A stretch of DNA of 64,000 nucleotides, taken from NCBI RefSeq assembly GCF_044704955.1, contig NC_091995.1, positions 86,180,001 through 86,244,000 on the forward strand, in the 5' to 3' direction. The notes below the pieces were generated by a model. That model worked only from the letters and a program-made list of their open reading frames with translations. It was not told the DNA's origin and did not search any database. This DNA comes from Pristiophorus japonicus. Taxonomy: Eukaryota. Shown piece by piece: positions 60,301-64,000 of the stretch. Both the position numbers and the translations under genes were made by a program. How positions within the stretch are numbered: the stretch's first letter is position 1; each line of letters opens with the position of its first letter.

Positions 60301-63300
60301 CTTGGGAATCGTATGTTGTCTGTTCAGCTCGGCCCCTTGCTGGGCACACAGAATGTAAATGATTCGAGCATCAGAGTGTAACCATCAGCTCCCCAAGGAT
60401 TCATTGATGGGCATTATCTGGACATTGTGTTTTAATATTTCCCATTGGAGAAAAAGCTGGCAGCCTGTTGCGGGAGGGGCCCAGGTATTTTGCCATGTTG
60501 TACACGAAATTTACATCTGATGGGCGGGGTTGCCTGGGACAAGTTACAATGGCCAGGAGAAGGAATAATGGGCAAAGCTGGAGGGTCCATTGTTCAGCAA
60601 TGTGAACTTGTCAGAGATGTAAAGTGGTCAGTGATCAAGCCATTACCTGGATGAGATAACTCCGAGAGGTGAGAAACCAGAACAAAAGAAAACTATTAAG
60701 CCCAGTCCGGTTGGAAGCGAAAACCCATCCCCAGCCATCACTGGAATACACATGGGCCACTCAGACAGAAGCTTCGAAACAAGGAAAAACTTTATTTGGC
60801 CAGAAGAAGCAAACAGACTTTAGATATAAAAAGTGGCCGTGAGGCCATCTCTCCCTCTCTTTTGCTCTCGCTTGCTTCACCTCTACAAGGACCGAGCACG
60901 CCATCTGGGACAGAGAGAAGAAACCATCAACAAGCAACTAGAGTCTTACTATTCAACTGTGAAACATAGAAACATAGAAAATAGGTGCAGGAGTAGGCCA
61001 GCTAATCTTGAGACTGGGACTTGGATACCATAGACAGTACGGAACCAGAAGAGACACGTTTTCACCAGGAGAAGCAGCAAGTAAGCCAACGAATCGGTGA
61101 ACATCATCCCTGCCCACGCATCTTTAAGATCGCAGTCACTGTGTGAGGAGGTGTCGTGTGATCTCCCAACCAAGCCGTAAGAAGGGTTTTAGTGGGGAGG
61201 TTTTGCTACAAGGACCATAGGGGTACGCCCAGCCGGTCGGTACAGATTCGGCGGTACACTGTGGATCCGCGCAGAGAGTTTAGATGTTGGGTACTTCGCG
61301 ATAGGAGCAGTTTAGACATGCCAGGGTATTGGACCGAACTGCATCGTCACTGTATTTACTTGTAGTTTTGCTGTGTTGAGGTAGCTTTAATAAAGCATTG
61401 ACGGTTGAGACCGAGATATTTGTCCGTGACTCATTCATCTGTTCAGTATAGCAATCACTCCCAGGTCTAGAACTAGTGTAACGTGGGGGTGCGTAGAACA
61501 CCTAAGGGAAACCACTTTCAAGAGTGCAAACAACTATGGTATGAAAGCAACTTCCCATTATCCGTAATTAACATTCTAACGCCCCGAATTTGGTGAAAGC
61601 TAAGTTCTGCCCAAGTGCCGCCCAAAGAACAGCTGAGATCCTGATGGTACTTTGCACAGAAGTTTCATGAAAAAGTTCTGGAAAGACTGCCCGGCGGCAG
61701 AAAAAGAGACTTGTCCCCTGAATGTGGGCGGCAGCGGGCGGGAGCTCCCATTTTCGGCAGCAAATGCAATCCTCGGCAAAGTACCGCCGAGGATTGAGTC
61801 GGGCCCAAGGAGGGAGGATCAGATAAAATTAAAGATTTCAAAAAATTAAATGTTAGAAAACCTTCAAGGGACTCCATCCACCTGAATCGCTGCAAGAAAA
61901 AAATAAAGTAAGAAGTGTATTAACCTTTTTTTGCAGGTCTTCTTGCGTACCGTTGAGGTTAGACCTGCCTCCACGTAGTTGTCTTTTCCCCTACTGGAAC
62001 GGAGGACCGCCCGGACCAAACTGGCAGCTCGGTGGGCGGGAGGACACTTACGTGCACTGCACACCAGCAGAAGTCAGCGGGCAGTCCCCAGTGATCTTCC
62101 CTTCCCGTCGGCGGGAGGCCTCCACCAAACTCGCTCAGAGGGGAGACCGCCCAGAAAACTCGGCAGCAACGGATGGTAAGTCCACCAATTTCAGCCTAAT
62201 CCCACCTTCCAGCACTAGGTGCGTAGCCCTGCAGGTCATGGCTTTAAGTACATATCCAAGTACTTTTTAGATGTGGACCCCAACTTCTGTCGTTGAGCTA
62301 CAGTACACAGACAACGCCTGTGTCTGCACACATTCTGAGGCTGAAATCCAGGATATAGTCGACGTATTTACTGAGCATGGGCCTTACGCTAAACATCCGT
62401 CAGACAAAGTTCTTCCACCAGCCTGTCCTCGCCTCACAGCACTGCCTCCAAGTCATCAAGTTCTACGGTGCGGCCCTCAACAACGTGGACCATTTCCCAT
62501 ACCTCAGGAGCCTCTTATCAACAAAAGCAAACATTGATGCGGTGATTCAACACCGCCTCCAGTGCAGTCTTCAGCCGCCTGAGAAAAAGAGTGTTCGAAG
62601 ACCAGGCCCTGAAACTTACCACCAAGCTCATGGTCTACAGGGCTGTAGTAATATCCGCCCTCCTGTATGGCTCAGAGTCATGGACGATGTACAGAAGACA
62701 CCTCAAGTCGTTGGAGATAAATCACCAACGATGTCTCCGCAAGATCCTACAAATCCCCTGGGAGGACAGGCGCACCAACATCAGTGTCCTCGTCCAGGCT
62801 AACATCCCCAGCATTGAAGTATTGGCCACACTCGATCAGCTTCGCTGGGCAGGCCACATAGTTCACATGCCAGGCACGAGACTCCCAAAGCAAGTGCTCT
62901 TATGCGGAGCTCTTTCACGGCAAACGAGCCAAAGATGGGCAGCAGAAACGTTACAAGGACACCCTCAAGGCCTCTCTGATCAAGTGCAACATCCCCAACA
63001 TCGGTCCCTGGCCAAAGATCGCCCTAAGTAGAGAAAGTGCATCCGAGAGGGAGCTGAGCACTTCGAGTCTCAACGCCAAGAGCATGCAGAAATCAAGAAC
63101 AGGCAGCAGAAAGAGCGCACTGCAAACCAGTCCCACCTGCCCCTTCCCTCAACAACTATCTGTCCCACCTGTGACAGAGTCTGTGGCTCTTGTATTGGAC
63201 TGTTCAGCCACCAAAGAACTCACTTCAGGAGTGGAAGCAAGTCTTCCTCGATTCCGAGGGACTGCCTATGATGATAATGATGAGTTGTGATGAGAGTTTC

Positions 63301-63911
63301 TACCTCTACCAACCTTTCAGGCAGTGAGTACCAGACTCCCACGAATCTTTAGGTGAAAATTTTTTTCCTCTTCTCCCTCTAATCCTTCTACCACTTACTT
63401 TAAATCTATGCCACCTGATTATTGACCCCTCTGCGAAGGGAAATAAGTCCTTCCTATCCACTCTATCTACGTCCATCATAATATTATGCAGCTCAATAAG
63501 ATTTCCCCTCAGCCTCCTCTGTTCCAACAAAAACAACCCCAGCCAATCCAATCTTTCCTCATTGCTAAAATTCTCCAGTCCAGGAAACATCCTCATAAAT
63601 CTCTGTACACTCTCTAGTGCAATCATCTTTCCTGCAATGTGGTGAGCAGAACTGCACGCAGTACTCAAGCTGTGACCTAACTAATGTTGTTTTCAGTTCA
63701 AGCATAACCTCCCTGCTGTTGTATTCTATGCCTCGGCTAATAAAGGAAAGCATCCCGAATGCCTTGTTGATTAACTTATCGGCCTGCCCTGCTACCTTTA
63801 AGGATCTGTGGACATACACTCCGAGGTCCCTGTGTTCCTCACACCTCTCATAATTACAAAGACAAAATGCCAACCTCCCCGAAAGTTTCACTGTATTTTA
63901 CTCACCATCAT
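54168..63911 (-). CDS. lgals2: Prototype galectin (galectin-2/-1-like), copy C, 4 coding exons: 63906-63911, 58409-58485, 56781-56952, 54168-54317; 134 aa
   Basis: All GT-AG introns and an open frame: [134 protein letters not shown]. Confidence 0.9.
56781..56952 (-). CDS. lgals2: Galectin copy C exon 3 (172 nt)
   Basis: AG/GT flanked, inside ORF 56742..56993; encodes HFSPRF...IVCNS...WECEQR. Confidence 0.95.
58409..58485 (-). CDS. lgals2: Galectin copy C exon 2 (77 nt)
   Basis: caacag|TTTGAAGTG...TCCAG|gtaaga; encodes [25 protein letters not shown]. Confidence 0.9.
60377..61520 (+). mobile_element. Same solo LTR in galectin C intron 1 (about 95 bp longer)
   Basis: TG...CA ends; AGAG TSD. 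Confidence 0.8.
62271..63283 (+). mobile_element. RTE-clade LINE 3' fragment, duplicated copy
   Basis: ORF 62591..63031; same junctions as 32201-33197. Confidence 0.88.
63285..63850 (-). mobile_element. CR1 3' fragment (copy C intron 1)
   Basis: ORFs 63306..63668 and 63565..63891. Confidence 0.85.
63906..63911 (-). CDS. lgals2: Galectin copy C exon 1 (ATG ATG)
   Basis: cgcaaag ATG ATG|gtgagt, canonical donor. Confidence 0.78.
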
Positions 63912-64000
63912 CTTTGCGTCTCTCTCGGGGACTCGAGTAGGTGACAAGTGTCAGGGAACTCCAGGAAAGTGACGGACTGTAACGGAAGGGAGAGCATACA

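Larger units (their letters stand above)
38548..64000. repeat. Recent tandem segmental duplication, copy 2 (runs off window)
   Basis: Begins abruptly inside the Gypsy-1 internal sequence (equivalent to 3061). ORF pairs such as 5798/41257, 21099/51023 and 26736/56742 are near-identical. Confidence 0.93.

Noticed and set aside
38548-64000. Duplication as an uncollapsed haplotype artefact
   Set aside because: About 4% coding divergence, several copy-specific kb-scale indels and a structured junction favour a true tandem duplication; read depth is still needed to exclude an artefact fully

Overview
Eukaryotic, non-bacterial DNA. The repeat complement (CR1, RTE and L2-like LINEs, tRNA-head SINEs, small-LTR Ty3/Gypsy elements) points to a shark or other cartilaginous fish; this is an inference. 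Most of the window is decayed retroelements and most listed ORFs are spurious. The host content is a minus-strand tandem cluster of prototype galectin (galectin-2/-1-like) genes that the ORF track does not assemble. There are two complete 4-exon models with coding exons of 6+77+172+150 nt (134 aa): copy B at 24106-33827 and copy C at 54168-63911. Exon 1 of a third, more diverged copy A lies at 11789-11794, and its other exons should lie left of the window. The region was built by at least two rounds of duplication. An older round separated A from B/C. A recent tandem duplication copied about 3061-33916+ to 38548-64000, and its junction carries a perfect 19-bp hairpin. Both complete proteins have HFSPR instead of the canonical HFNPR sugar-binding motif and an RGD in the N-terminal turn. 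Copy B has a GC rather than GT donor at exon 1. Copy A has a Gypsy element inserted about 50 bp upstream of its TATA box. I found no evidence for a wholly new molecular system; the best leads are this non-canonical galectin expansion and the TE-driven rearrangements around it. TE boundaries without a stated target-site duplication (TSD) are approximate.
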